A stretch of DNA of 64,000 bases from Microbotryum violaceum (taxonomy: Eukaryota), in NCBI GenBank assembly GCA_001244265.2, contig CDLV01000006.1:2542001-2606000 (forward strand), in the 5' to 3' direction. Below are positions 42,124 through 58,256 of this stretch, piece by piece. The notes beneath the pieces are model-generated. The model was not told where the DNA came from, searched no databases, and saw nothing but the letters and a program-made list of their open reading frames with translations. Every line of letters starts with the position of its first letter. The first letter of the stretch is position 1. The translations under genes and the position numbers were made by a program.

Positions 42124-42984
42124 CGACGCGCAACATGAACCAGCAAAGACAGTGGCCCCAGTTAGAGTGAAGCGATATCGATTCCCGAAGGCGACAATCA
42201 CATGACGGGGCTCGAGCGAAGACGCGCCTAGATCAGCGCGTCCCAGGAGCTTCCCTTTGAGCGCGCGCAAGAAAGGGGGTCTGTGCTCGACGCGCTGGCA
42301 TTCCGGGAGGCTCGAGAGCTCGAGCGCTAGCCATTGATCGGAATTCGAACGAGTCAGAACCGAACGGAAGCTTTGGTATCGGTCAGTAACGTACGTCCGT
42401 CCGTTATGGAGATTATCTTCAGGAACACGTCAAGTTGAGGGGCATACATTGTATTTTAGGTTTAGTCTTGAAATTTTAGCTAGTCTTGTTCAAAGACAGA
42501 ATCTGAGAAACGCTGTATCCGCTGGACCATCGCCTAACGCCACGAGTAAGAACTCGCTTATTTCAACTCCGGATGGCAACTTATGGTGGCCGTCCTCGGT
42601 GCCACGATCGCAAGTCACCAACACCTTGAACAGTTATTGGAAAGTAGGGCTATCTACGCGGTGCACATACCGATGCACTTGAAGGAAATCGGGCCAGGAG
42701 AGTCTTCGTCACGTGACCGTGGTGCCGTGCGACTGCTTCGGGTCACATGCCCGACTAGGATGAGAATGAGAATTTGACTTCCAGCTAGTCTACAAAGAGA
42801 CGACCTTTATCGGGCGCTGGACCACATTGACTGGGGAAACCAAGCGCATACAGCTAAACGCTAAACGCTAGCCGCAGGTGACTGCGTCGATCGGCACCCA
42901 GGACCAGGCTTACGCGCCTCGATTACCCTAACTAGTAAAAAAAAAGTGTGAGTTAAGGAATGTACCTAAAATCGCTGTTTTTAA

Positions 42985-43009
42985 CTAGGTGGCGGCCCGG
43001 AGGGCCGCC
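42985..43009 (-). mobile_element. Helitron-like 3' terminus (hairpin + CTAG)
   Basis: Minus strand reads GGCGGCCC-TCC-GGGCCGCC-AC-CTAG followed by T. Confidence 0.5.
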
Positions 43010-43240
43010 TGTGGTGGATGTAACAGCATACTGTTGTGTCTGCCGCACCTGCCTGTGGTGTTGGGGTTCGGATCAGAAGTCATGTACAAGCCTTATGGTG
43101 ACTTTTGTATTTTCCGCGCCGTTCCAACGAAGCTACAGCGCTCCCAGTATTTTCTTTCTTTTCTTCGCTGACATAAACCAATGCTTCCGCTCATATTGCA
43201 TTTAATGAACCGCAAGCGCGTGGCTTTGCATGATATTGCT

Positions 43241-45100
43241 TCTACAGCAGAGCTCCGCCTGACGCGCGACGCGAGGGCTGGCGTCTGACGATCTGACGTC
43301 TGACGTCTGTGTCGTCTGTCACGTGATGCGGCGCGCTGGCGGTGTGAGTCTGTGTCAGTAAGTCTCGGGCGCGAGCTACACTCGCGCCCCGCTGCTCGAC
43401 TCTCCTCTTCGTCCCGCCGATCAACAGAATCAGCTCCCCGCGCGTGATTAACAACAACTCAACCGATCTTGGTGTTGCGACCCGAATGAGCGCCCCCCGT
43501 ACAGCTTTATAGAATGGGCAGCACGTTGAGCTCACCCCACCACCACATCCTCCTGCGCAAAGGCGCGCAAAGGCGAGCGCGCAGGCCTCGAATCGCGCTC
43601 GAACCCCTCAAGCCCCACGTTTTCGCAGGGCAAGGTGCAGCTACCTCCCCCTCTCCGGCACAATCCCGAGTCTCGACAGCTACGTGAAGGCTCGGATAGC
43701 GGTCAGTTGCTCCGTCCAACAACCGTCGTCTGCAGTAGACCCACATGCTGAACTGTGCAAGAATGTTCCCACGCACACAGAAGCTATAGCATTGCGCGAG
43801 AACGCCCGGTCGTACAACAACGCGTTGTCGTTGACTCTGCTCGCTGCTCACTTTGACCAGACTCGACTGGGCATTCTAGGACCCCGCGTGTTTCGCGTGC
43901 TTGATCGGCTTTACTCCTCGACTCGGCGTCCAGATCCCTGTCGTCAATCAACGCTCCAGCCTTTGCTCAAACGTAGCTGATCGACCCAGCCGCCACCGAT
44001 ACTCGACTTGGACTCAACGGCGCAGGCAGTCGCATACAAAGGCCTACTTTGACCAAGCTCGAGTCCGCGTACCGGAAACCGCTTTGTGAAGGAGTTTGCA
44101 TCGGCCAAAGCTTGCGCAGGCTGGGGATACGGCCAAAGAGTGGGTCCTGCGCCTCTGTCTACCACCAGGCCGAGACCGACGCACCCACAACCTTCCTCCG
44201 CCGAGCACGGAAATGACGATGCTTATCTGCGATTCCGACACCAACACGGGAGATCGTGGACCGCAAGAACTTATTGTTCAGGTGCGCAGTCATCGATGTC
44301 CCGATGGTCGACCCAAGTACCAAGTCGTCAGCTCGCTCCATCCGTCTGCGATGCCTCTCCGGTACCCAACACTCTTCGCCGCAGAGGAAAATAGCTCCCA
44401 CCTCAACACTCCTCTTTGCGGGTTCCACCAAGCCGGGCCGCCCATCGCCAGAAACTGAGAGCAGATCGACAATGGTGTCCAATTGCGCGAGGTACTTGCC
44501 GGTCTCGGTCTGGATGACGAAGACGAACAGGAGGACGAAGACCGCGACAATGAGGATGAAGACGGCGAGGAAGGGGACGAAGAGGATGGTGATGGCGAAC
44601 GTACGCGTCTTCGGCTCTTTCTCTGAGGCTCCATTCTGTCTAAGGCGCAAGCACAGACTGACATTGAACTTTTGAACACCTAGGACAAAGGTCCAGTAAA
44701 GGGGTCGAGGTGGCGAGTCTCGCGTTCACAATTCTAAGTCGAGACCGATCGACTCTACACATCCGGTTGCATCAAGAGAACCTACACCTCACCACGACCC
44801 AAGGCATCAACGGCTTGGCCCCGAACCGAACCCAATTGGACGTTCAATGACCTTGGGCTCGACGTTCAAGAATAGACCGCGCGACATCACGCAGCGATAC
44901 CAGGATGCGATGGCGTGCGTTGTCAAACATGGAAAGCCTCCGCTGCTGATCACGATGACGTACGACCCCGACTCACCGGAAATTAAGGCTGCACCGGGGC
45001 CGATAAAGCATGCAACCGTCCGGATCTCATTGCACGAGTGTTCGAAGCCAAGTCCGGCAACAAGCGACATGCAGGCTGTTTCGGCGATGAATGTAGGATG
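43241..45100 (+). mobile_element. Degenerate Helitron (N-terminal and Rep region, internally deleted)
   Basis: RSYNNAL...GPRVFRV, LHPSAMPLRYPTLF and STFKNRPRDITQRYQDAMACVVKHGKPPLLITMTYDP, broken by frameshifts and stops; possible TC 5' end at 43241. Confidence 0.8.
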
Positions 45101-45311
45101 AATGGATTTGGTTTTTTTGCTGTACTTCGTATTGTGTTTTCTTAACCTCTGCGCTGATATCATGTAGACTGTTCGATTATCCTGCTATTTTTTGAATTAC
45201 ATCCTCCCGTTAATTTAACGGGTTCCCACTGGTGTGCATAAAATACAATCTGCCGTTCTTGACCGCTAGCCTAGAAGCAAGTCGTAACTAGAACTTCTAG
45301 CTCCTCAGAGG

Positions 45312-47760
<2,449 letters not shown>

Positions 47761-48990
47761 GATCGTAATTTATGAGCCCAGTTGAACAGAAAAAGAACCC
47801 CATCTATGTACAAACTACCTAGACATCTAATGAGGAACTCTGCCTGATTGATTTCGTCGATTCAGGGTCGATGAGTCCTACACTACTGTCCTAGCCAGTG
47901 TGCTTAACTTCATTCCCCTCGACTTTTCCAAATAGCTTCTCACCTTCACGTGATCATAGCCTCGACGGCGTGAGGAACGTCGGGCCACTCTTTAGCATTA
48001 TATGCGAGCCATGTCTCACTTGCGGGCCCGAAATCGTGTCTCACCTGCGCGTGGCTTCACTCTCTGGGGTCTCAGCCTCTGCGCGGCCGGCGTCCATCCC
48101 TTTCGAATGGGAAGAACCTCATTGCTTAGTCCGCAAATCTCAAGTCAAAGATGCTTTCGAATCTTGCTGATTCATGAGGCAGTGGATGAGGCGCGCAATC
48201 GAGTTGAAGCGACAGCTAGGAATGACACGGCCGGCTACGCGCCCGCCTGCCAACCTTAATGACGTCGTTCGAGCTACTCGCTCCCGTAACGATCCCTCGA
48301 AAGGACGGAGTCCGCTTGAAGCCGGCCCCACGCCAGTGTCGGGCGCCAGCCGCTGGTGTGTCGGTCAGGGACAGCTCCACGGGTCGGCTTGCGAGACCGT
48401 CGAAGAAGCTTGCCTCTGCAGCGTACGAGACAATCGGGTGGTAGTCCTTCCTGTTGAGGAAACAACGTCTTCATTCTTACCGTCCCTCTTCATTATAGCG
48501 AGAAGCGAGACTATCCGAGACTGCGACATGGCGTTTCAACGACTAGTCGCAGAAATCTCGTGACCCCGGGGCAGCGAGATTCACTTCGCCGCCCCTTGCC
48601 GGCACCCCGGAGTTGAGATTTCTGCACCGACCGGTGTAAGCCTTGCTGTCTGCTCTTCTCCACCTTATCTCTGCCTTACTCACTTTCTCCATACTTTCTT
48701 CTTCTAAGAGCTTTTGTCGACTTGATCACACAGCACTAATTCGAATCTCATCGACTCCGACCGACGTGCCTCCTGTCCGACCGTGCCGATGACGATGTCC
48801 CACCAGCCCCCACGACTCGAAGACCGTGAGCCAAGGATCCGCATTAGACCAAATCACCTTCAGATCAGGATCTGATCAGGATTTTTCTGATTCTGCCTTG
48901 ATTGATCTGATCTGAGACATTAAATTGCCTAATTTGGCACATAAAGACTTCTACATGTCTACATGTTGAAATCCTCATCATCTTCCTCCA

Positions 48991-49074
48991 CTCATCCTCA
49001 TCCTCATCCTCATCCTCATCCTCATCCTCATCCTCATCCTCATCCTCATCCTCATCCTCATCCTCATCCTCATC
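48991..49074. repeat. (CTCATC)14 microsatellite (poly-ED on the minus strand)
   Basis: Perfect hexamer run read directly from the sequence. Confidence 0.95.
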
Positions 49075-49772
49075 ATCCTCCAAAGTGATCACCTTGCTAA
49101 GCCGCCGCTTTTTGGAGGAGCTCCCCGCTTCTACGACTGGATTGGGTCGCATGATTCCTATGAGAAAGTGCTAGCAATGAGATGGCGCGATCCATTCTCT
49201 CTTCTGATCAGGTGCGCCGCAGTTGAAATCACAATGGCACCATCTAGGTACCGCCTGATTTTGGGATTTTTTTTCTCGAGGCTTGATTGATCTGAACTTG
49301 ATCTAAACCCCGTCAGATCAGATCAGATCAGATCAGATCTGAAACTGTTTAGATCAGATCGTATGCGGACCCTTGCCGTGAGCCAGCAGTGGCGCCGCTG
49401 CAGACCCCGGCCGGAGCAGGCCCTCATCGACCACAAGCAAGATGCCGCCCACCTCGCGGCTTATTTGGCTGGTAACAGCAAGAAGAGCGTTGTTGCTACA
49501 TTTCGAGTCGAGTTCGGATACGATCGACCCTCTTCGAGTCGGCACCGCGAACGCGCCTGGGGAGAGCTGGGGAGGTGGGTGTATGCGCCGCACGGACTCG
49601 CGCGCCCGACTCAGCACGGTTCTCGTACTCCCCTCGCCGAACCTCTAGCGGGTTTAACGACGACAAAGGGTGCTCTTGCAACGCCACCCCATCTCTGAGC
49701 TGGTCACCTACATCAGATTTTAGCTCCCCCATTCTCTCGACCCCTTTTGACTCTTGGACGTCCCCTCTGGCC

Positions 49773-52145
49773 ATGCCCACCGTCGCAACCGACCAGGCTG
49801 GGCGGGATTCTCTCGCCCAACTGCAAGCGAACGGCAGTGGCTCCTCACCGCGATCGACGGCAGCGCTGCCTTCCACGCCGTTCCGTGTCGACCACCTCGA
49901 CGTGAATGCCTTGACTGAAGGCCCGGTCCCGACGTCACCCTCGTTGCGAACACCTTCTGGCTTTGAGTTTGTCGACCTTGGCGACCGATCCTCAATGGGT
50001 GACAGCCGCCCGCGATGCTTGTGAGTGCCTCCCTAAGTTCAAGCGCCACGCTTTCGGAAGGGCTCGAGCGACCCCTCTCCGCGCGCGCCCCTTTTCATAT
50101 CGTCCGCGTGACCACTGCCGTTGGGAAAAGTGTTCATGGATTCAGCAATGTGCTAACACCGACCCCTTTCCAAAAATGTTTCTGCAGTGATTGGGAAGTC
50201 TACGGTCCCGACTCTCCTCAGTCCCTGAACTTGACGCACGCGAGCAAGCAATGTTTCAAGCGGCGGCTCGGGCCCACCGAAGTATCGTACTACCTTGGGA
50301 GCCGAGGAGAGGGCGTCGAGAGCGGTGTCAACGACATGTACCTTCACATCGGCTTCCGTGCCGAGTCGCATCTCATGATCACCGAGCGGCTGCTCAACAT
50401 CTGGACCGAGATAACCTTGCGACACCAGCTTCTTACAAGTTCGGTCGAATACCACGACGTGCACGAGATTCGCTTCGTGTGAGTCCAGATAACTGTCGGA
50501 CAAAGAGTGCTTTGACTAAATTTTCAGGTTCATAAACTATTATAATGCAGTTACGAGCCCCCAACAAGCATGGCCGAGGCCAAAAGGAAGGCGAAGTCGC
50601 TCATGGAGCTCAGGACCAGACAAGATCCCAAAGGTTGGTTAGAGTCTCTATGCGTATCCACTATGCTCTGGAACTGACTTGTTATCATGTCAAACTCAGC
50701 TCTCCTGGATACCTACCTCAACGGGGATCGCACGCTGTCGGATGAGCGCCTGTCTTATCTCATCTTCAGCACAGCAGAGGCATCCTTTGATGCGGCGACC
50801 GAGCAAGAGTACGACATGTACCTCTTCAGCGCTCACTTTCTTGGTGACGGAATGGCTTTGCACACGACTGCAAACGAAATCTTCACTTTGCTCGCCGACA
50901 ATGCCGACGCCACAGAGGGAGCTGCCGCGGTGAAGAATCTCGAGGCGGTCTTGCGGGAGCAGGCGGTAAAACCTATCTTCCCCGAGGTGGCGAGTGTCGT
51001 CGAAGATATCGACGACGTAGGGGATGCGTTCTCGGCGTTCCCTGTAGAAAAGCTACCTCAAGCCATGGAGGCGAAGCTGGTCACACCGGAGGGATGGGGT
51101 CGAATGGCATGGGCCGGAGCTCGGGTCGAATATAACCAGAGTCAGGCCAAGTTGATTGTGAGTTGGGAGCGTAGTGGCCTAATGTTAGACGTGATGAATC
51201 TGCTGACTCAGTCCACTCTTGCCTTGCATTCTATAGGGAGGTCACGCATTCCCTCGCGCCAAGCTTGGAGAGCGCAAGACGCTCGTGCCGACCGTAGCTT
51301 ACGATACCGCCAAGACCAAAAAGATCCTGAGCAACTGCAAGATCCACGGTACCACTATTTCCCATGCTGTCTTCTCTCTCTCAAACCTGGCTTACATTAG
51401 ATCGACGCCTCAACGCGACGTGGAGTTGCCCGTCATGATCTACTCGGCGCTCAACATGCGAGGCAATCTCACCAAGGCCGACGACGACTGGTATCACATC
51501 GCCATCGGGTACTACAACATAATTCTGCCTTCCTTTTTGCCCTCCACTATCTCGGTCGAGCGAACCTTCTGGCATCGAAGCTTGGTCGTCCGCAAGCAGA
51601 CTTCGGCCGTGCTCAAGGGCAGGTGGCTCGCCCCGCGCAGCAAGCTCATGGCCCTCGAACGCGAGCGACGCAGCATCGGCTTCGAGAGAGAGGACGAGCG
51701 GCGACGTCAGCAGAAGCTGGCATCAGCAGAGCTGCCGAGCCAACTTCAAGGTCTCGGTATCTCCTTCGAAGACGATGCCACAGAGTCGAAGTTGGCGAGC
51801 AACCTGGCAAAGACACTCGCCCCTGTGGCCCCGATTGTCACTCCTCAACTCGCCGAGTCGACGACTTCACCAAAGGCACCGAGCACGGCTTTAATGGGCT
51901 TGTCGATGCTCGGCAACCTCGACGCCATGTATGCACACAAGGATTACCATGGCATTCAAATGCACACTCTCACAACTGGATCGCGGCAACGAGCGGGGGC
52001 GATTCTCCTTTTCGCATACACTTTCGTCGGCAAGCTGTGGCTTTCGCTCGGCTACGACTCGAACGGCTTCCAGCAGGGTGTCATTGAATTGTGGTGGACC
52101 GAGATGCAAAAGGGTGTCGATGAGCTTCTTTTGCCGAGCAATTGA
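49773..52145 (+). CDS. CoA-dependent acyltransferase (condensation/alcohol acetyltransferase-like)
   Basis: RRLGPTEVSYYL...GVNDMYLHIGF, HFLGDGMALH (HxxxDG), HGTTISHA, SALNMRG, YTFVGKLWLSLGYD. Start codon uncertain. Confidence 0.75.
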
Positions 52146-53305
52146 TCGTACAACGGGCGCTTACCTCAGATGAGACGCGCAAACACAACGTTTCTTGGCT
52201 CAAGGTCCCAGACGCGGGACCATTTGCGGATCAAACAGACACCTGATAGATGCAGTACAGTAATAAGATTCATCCTAGGATAAGTATACCAACCAAGACC
52301 CCATTCGCATCAATATACCTTTGCAAGACATAATCTACCCTTGCTCAGTCCTGTCCAGTCACGGAGATCACGTGGAACAGCCGAGAGCTCCGGGTTCGGC
52401 GCACGGGCCTTCGATGACCCCCGAAAGCCCAGCCATCCTCTAAAAACGGCCTTTTTCGAGGCATAATGTCCAAATTTGTCCCGATTTCTGACTGAGAATG
52501 TCCAAATATGGGGGCCGCCTAGTTTTGAATAATCTCTCAAAACTACTCTACAAGTTGTACAATGCTCAAAAACCAAAAATGTCCAAATTTGCGGGCCGCT
52601 TCTGGCTGGGCTTTCAGCGGTCCTGGCCCTCGCTCGACCGGCCGCGACACATGTCCGCACATGTGCGGACACTTGATTATAGGTCAATACATGACGATAT
52701 CGTATCTTTTCGATGTCGTAAGACAAATATATAAGTATTTCTAGGTTGAACCTGCAAGAAGAACATGATACGATATGTGTTGCAAGACTTATGATGTTTT
52801 CAAATTCTCATGTGCGGACCGCAGCCGTGCCGCAGCCTCATGTGCGGACATGCGTCGGTCAAGCCGGTCAAGTGTCCGCACATGGCGGTCTGCGGTCCGC
52901 ACTTGGCTCAGCGAAGTGCGGACCCATCCGGGCGCACTCCGAGTCCGCCTGAGAATCTCGAGCAGTTCAAAGAAGAGACATACTTGCTACTCTGTTGACT
53001 TCATGTTGTATAGGGACTTTACTAACTAGACTTTCAGAGATGAAGTAGATCATGAAAATCTCTAAAGTTGTATCATTAGCAGGAGCGCCCATTACTACAA
53101 AGCTGGCCCAGAAAATCACAACGCTGCAAAGTTGAGACAGACCTATCACGCTTAGTGGTTTTTAGCATTGCTACATCAAAGGTTCTCTAACTTACCGATT
53201 TGAAGCACTCGAACAAGACGGAAGCGTCTTGCATCTTCCAGACCCCTTTTCCCTCGTCAAAGGACCCGTCCAGAGTCCAGCAGCGCATTGAACGAAGGTA
53301 GCAAG

Positions 53306-56300
53306 TGTTAGAAGTGGGGCCTGAGAGCCTACTCTTTTCTATTAGCCTTGTTAATTCTTTATTCTGCGTGTGCGCCTATCTCTGTCTTTGCGTCTTTTTT
53401 CTTTTCTGGTCTTCTTCTCCACGTTATTCTCATCATCTCACTCCTGTATCTCGGAGCTGAGTCGTGGAGTACCTCTTGGTCCTTATCTGTAAAAGGTTAT
53501 GAGCTCAGCGAGCGAATCCGATCCCCACAATGGGGCGGGCAATCGCTTGTACCTCAAGGACACCAAAGGGTACAAGAGTTGGGCGTCAAAGGCGTATCTC
53601 AATTTACGAGGCGACGCACTATGGGACGTTTTATCTACTCGGTAGACTCCCTCGTCGCGGACTATCGGTCCACCCTCGTTTCCGCCAATGCAACTGCGTC
53701 CGTCGCGCCTGTTGAACCAACCTCCCCAGCCTTAGCGGGCTCCGGAGGGAGATCTGGTTCCGCGCCTTCAGCGGACGTCTTGCCCACTCTCACCAGCGTC
53801 CAAATTGCGGACAAAGTCGCGGCATTTCGCGATAAAGCCGGCCGTCGGAACGAGTTAGCATGCAAGTTCCTCGCCAATGCGCTTTCCGAAGAACAGATGG
53901 GCCATTGCGAACATCTCGACTCTGCGAAGGACACTTGGGACACGCTGAAAGGGATCCACTCTCTCAGTCAATCGAGTCGTACCATGGATTTGCTCAGTGT
54001 TCTGATGCAACCATACACGGGTGGTATCCCGTTCAAGCAGTTCTTCAAAAAGGTCAAGATTACCATAATTGACTTCAAGAACCTCGATGCTCCGCTTCCG
54101 AACTGGTTGTTTGCAGCGATGCTTGTTCGCTCACTTCCTGACCAGTACGACTCGATCGTTGGCAACCTCACGTCCGATGTCGACATCCACATGGACTGGA
54201 ACGCGTTCTACCCTAAGCTCCTTATGAATGTTGAGTTGGCCGAGTCTCGTAACAGACAGAAGGCCTCGCTATCCGATCGAATTGTTGACGATGGCAGCCT
54301 CGTTGCTCGTATCTCCACCACTGCGCCAAAGGACTACTCCAAGTCGTATTGTTCTCGCTGCAAGGTCCACGGTCATGAACGTGGTTGGCGTTTCTGTCCA
54401 AGCAGGAACAACAATGCGAACGTCTCCGCTCCTCCCTCGGACTCGAACTCGAACTCGAACGTTGCTGCCATCGGTGTAGACGAAACTGCATTGATGACCT
54501 ACACTTTCCCCTACTCGAAGGCTATGCCTGTCTTTCCATGGATCATTGATTCGGGTGCCAAAGTCCATTGCGTTGGTGACAGGTCGGTGATCTCGGACTT
54601 CATCTCTGAGCCGCTCGGAATCTCCGTCGCCGACCAATCTCGACTAGACTCTCCAGGCCATGGCTCAGTGACATTCTTGCCCTCCTATGACTATCGTATT
54701 ATCTTAAAAAATGTTTACTACATGCCCGGTGCTCAATGTGGCTTCATCTCGATCGATCGTCTGTTGGAATCGATGACGTACGTCGTGGGTCCTCAAAGCA
54801 ACCTCATCTTCAGCGTCCGCGGCAAGTCACTCCTTCGCTCGCGTCCTGGTCGAGGCTTTATCATGGATGCCGCTCCAGTTCAGCCTATCCTGTCATCCTC
54901 ACCGCCGTCGATGGTCGCCGCCAATCGTCTCACTGGAACGTGCACGTTGATGGAGGCGCATCGGAAGTTGGGCCATCAATCTCCTGCGGCGATCGTTTTG
55001 GCCGTCAAGTCTGGGGCTATTACTGGCATCACTTTGAAGGATGAAAAGGTCACTTCCTGCTACTCGTGCATCCAGGCAAAGTCAAAGTGATCTCCCTTCT
55101 CCGCCAAGAGTACCGAAGCACCTCACCCTCTCTATCGTGTCTTCATCGACCTTGGTTTCGTCGAACATTCCAACCACCATGGTGATACCATCTATCTCGC
55201 GATTGTGGATCAGTATTCAACGGCTAAATGGACGATTGTGCTGAAAGACAAGAGGGCGGAGACAATCATTGGAGCATGGACGAAGTTTCAAGCTGAGGCT
55301 GAGCGGCAGACAGGTCACAAGTGTAAGGCGCCGCTCCGCTTACGCCTCACGACAACCTCAGCGGCCGAAGCCTTACTTGCGCGCGGCGCCACGGGCGCCT
55401 CTTGACCTTAGTCCTTTTAGTAGTCTTTCTTCGCCTGCGAATTACACCGTTTGATCCTTTCAGTTTGGACTCGGAACCAGTGAGGCTCGAGAGCAATCTC
55501 GTGCCTTTCAACAAGATCAAAAGGGTCAGGTCGGACAATGGTCGTGAATTCAACAGTTCGTTGTTCCGGGACCTTCTTGAAAAGCAGGATATCATCGTGG
55601 AATTCACGGCGCCCTATACTCCGGAGCAAAACGGGCAAGTCGAACGACTTAATGGCTCTCTCATGGGTCTCGTTCGATCAATGCTCCTCTCCTCGACTCT
55701 GGACTTCCCATGCGTTTCTGGTCGGATGCTCTCGCTGTTGCAACATTTGTTCTCAATCGTCGACCACACCCTTGTATATCGGGAAAGACGGCAATCGAGG
55801 TCCTCCTTGGCAAGAAGCCCAACCTCACTCATCTTCAGCCATTTGGATCTACGGCATTCGTGCATGTCCCCAAGGAACGTCGGACCAAGCTTTCACCTCA
55901 ATCCATTCAGGGCGTGTTCATCGGGTATTCCGGCGAGTACAACTACCGTGTCTGGGTCCAATCCTCGAACAAGGTCTACGTCTCGCGTCATGTCTCGTTC
56001 GTCGACACTCCTCGTGCACCTTCTGTCGTTACCTCGACTCAGGATCGGGTTGATGCTCCCATTCCTGTGCTTGATCCTCGTCCTCCGTCGCCCGAAATGC
56101 TACCGGTGACTTCGGTTTCGCCTGTCGTGACGCCACCCATGGGAGCCGATCAACCGGGGGGAGATCTTGGCGTTGTGCCTCCGATGGACGAAGAGGATGA
56201 GGACCACGACAGGCTGGAGGACGTCCATGACGCAGAGGAATTTCTCGACGGCGAGGCGTAAGTCGCTCTCGCTTCTCGTGAAGGTTACGCGATCGTGCGT

Positions 56301-58256
56301 ACTGGTCCAAACCCAGGCAAGTTTGAGGATGTCGATCACTCCAACATCCTTCCTGCTGGCTCTCGTCGTCGACCTCAACCTCCCGACAAGGTTCTGCCCA
56401 TCATTGCCGCTATCATGGTCGATGTACTTGATACTCCACCTTTGTTCCACGACAAACTATCCTTCGATGCCTATTGCGCTGCGGTGTTCGCCGAGGAAGA
56501 CATCGAGATCCCCAAGACCTTCGACGAGGCTATGAAGTCACCCTATCGCAACCATTGGATTGAGGCCATGGTCTCGGAGCTCCTTCAAATCGATCATCAT
56601 GGAGTCTTCCAGGAAGTCACGTGGCACGAAGGAATTCGAGTACTTGGCACGATCTGGGTCTACAATATCAAGCGCGATGCGAACGGGAAGATCATTCGTT
56701 TCAAAGCTCGCCTTGTTGCTCAAGGTTTTGCCCAACGCCCTGGCGTTGACTACCATGACACCTACGCTCCTGTCGCTCGCTCGTCGACTATCCTGTTCTT
56801 GATTGCTCTGGCTGCTGCTCAGGGTCTGCATCTCGAACAGTTCGACTTCGATTGCGCCTTCCTCAATGGCAAGATGACCGAGGATGTCTACGTTCGATAT
56901 CCAAAAGGATGGAATGGTCCCAAATCCCCTGGCAAATGTCTCAAGCTCGTGGGCTCGATGTATGGTACCAAGCAAGCCCCTCGTGAATGGTATCGAGCTG
57001 TCAACGATCTCTTAGTGTCTCGAGGGTATATGAGGGCCACTGCCGACGCCTGTCTCTACATCAAGCATTCGGGAACTTCGTTTGCTATCATCACTCTTTA
57101 CGTTGATGACGGTCTTATCGCCTCCAATGATCAATCGTTCTTGGAGTCCGAGCTCGTTTCACTTCACAAGGCCTTCAAGCTCAAGCGTCTTGGTCTGGTG
57201 TCGTACTTCCTTGGCTTCGAGGTTCATCGCACCAAGGATCACATTCTCGTTCATCAGAGCAAGTACGTTTGGACCATGCTCGAGAAGTTCGACTTTGCCT
57301 CGCCCTCCAAGCGTCGTGCTTTCACGCCGATGGATGACCGTCCTTCGCTTCGAATCGATACAACTCCTTTTGCCGACATTCCAATGTACCAGTCTGCTGT
57401 GGGTTTTCTCCAATACGCTTCGACTCGATGCCGACCCGATATTGCGATTGCTGTGCGTGCCGTGGCTCAAAAGAACTCCTGTCCTACTGTCGACGATTGG
57501 GCTGCAGTCAAGCGTATCTTCCGCTATCCCAACAGTACTGTCGATTGGGGAATCCTGTACCGCAACAGCTCAACTACTCGGGTGATGATCTACTCCGACA
57601 CCTCCTTCGCCGATGATCCGGTATCTCGGAGATCGGTGGGAGCCTACGCATCAATGCTTGCTGGCGGCGCTGTCTCATGGCAGTCAAAACAACAGTCCAT
57701 GATTGCTACTTCAACTACCGAGGCCGAGATCCTATCCGCATCCTCAGCCACTCGTGAAGCAATCTGGCTCCGTCGCTTGGCAGGTGATGTTCGCATTCCC
57801 CAGTCTGATCCCACCATCATCCAAGAGGACAATGCAGCGTGCATCCAGATTGCCAAGGATCCTGACGACCACATGCGTACCAAGCACTTCAACATTGCTC
57901 ATCTGTTTGTTCGGGAACGTGTTGCTTCTGGCGAGGTCAAGCTCGAGTATTGTCCTACTCACGTCAACGCTGCGGATCTGATGACCAAGCCTCTGGGCCT
58001 TCAGCGCTTCGATCAACTCCGCGCACTTCTTGAAATGGTCTCGTTAGGCTCTTTGACCGGTGGGAGTGTTAGAAGTGGGGTCTGAGAGCCTAACTCTTTT
58101 CTATTAGCCTTGTTAATTCTTTATTCTGTGGGCGCGCCTATCTCTGTCTTTGCGTCTTTTTTCTTTTCTGGTCTTCTTCTCCACGCTATTCTCATCATCT
58201 CACTCGTGTATCTCGGAGCTGAGTCGTGGAGTACCTCTTAGTCCTTATCTGTAAAA
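53306..58256 (+). mobile_element. Ty1/Copia LTR retrotransposon, full length but inactivated
   Basis: LTRs 53306-53494 and 58067-58256; TSD GCAAG; PBS-like GGTTATGAGC; PPT; gag zinc knuckle (CSRCKVHGHERGWRFC), protease WIIDSGA, integrase RSDNGREF, RT FKARLVAQG/YVDD, RNase H. TGA at 55088, TAA at 56259, frameshifts near 53635 and 55690. Confidence 0.95.
55322..55510. mobile_element. Solo LTR of an unrelated family inserted in the Copia integrase
   Basis: TGTAAGG...CCTTTCA flanked by ACAAG (55317-55321 and 55511-55515); removing it restores ERQTGHK-IKRVRSDNG. Confidence 0.9.

Noticed and set aside
47880-48560. Short ORFs between the LINE and the microsatellite
   Set aside because: No recognisable motif or consistent exon structure.
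52651-52931. Regularly recurring GTCCGCAC motifs as a CRISPR-like array
   Set aside because: Short, irregularly spaced, in both orientations and mirrored at 60.5-60.8 kb; explained as TIR subrepeats in a eukaryote.
53348-53620. Hydrophobic N-terminus of the 580-aa ORF
   Set aside because: Read-through of LTR sequence; gag probably starts at 53499 in another frame.
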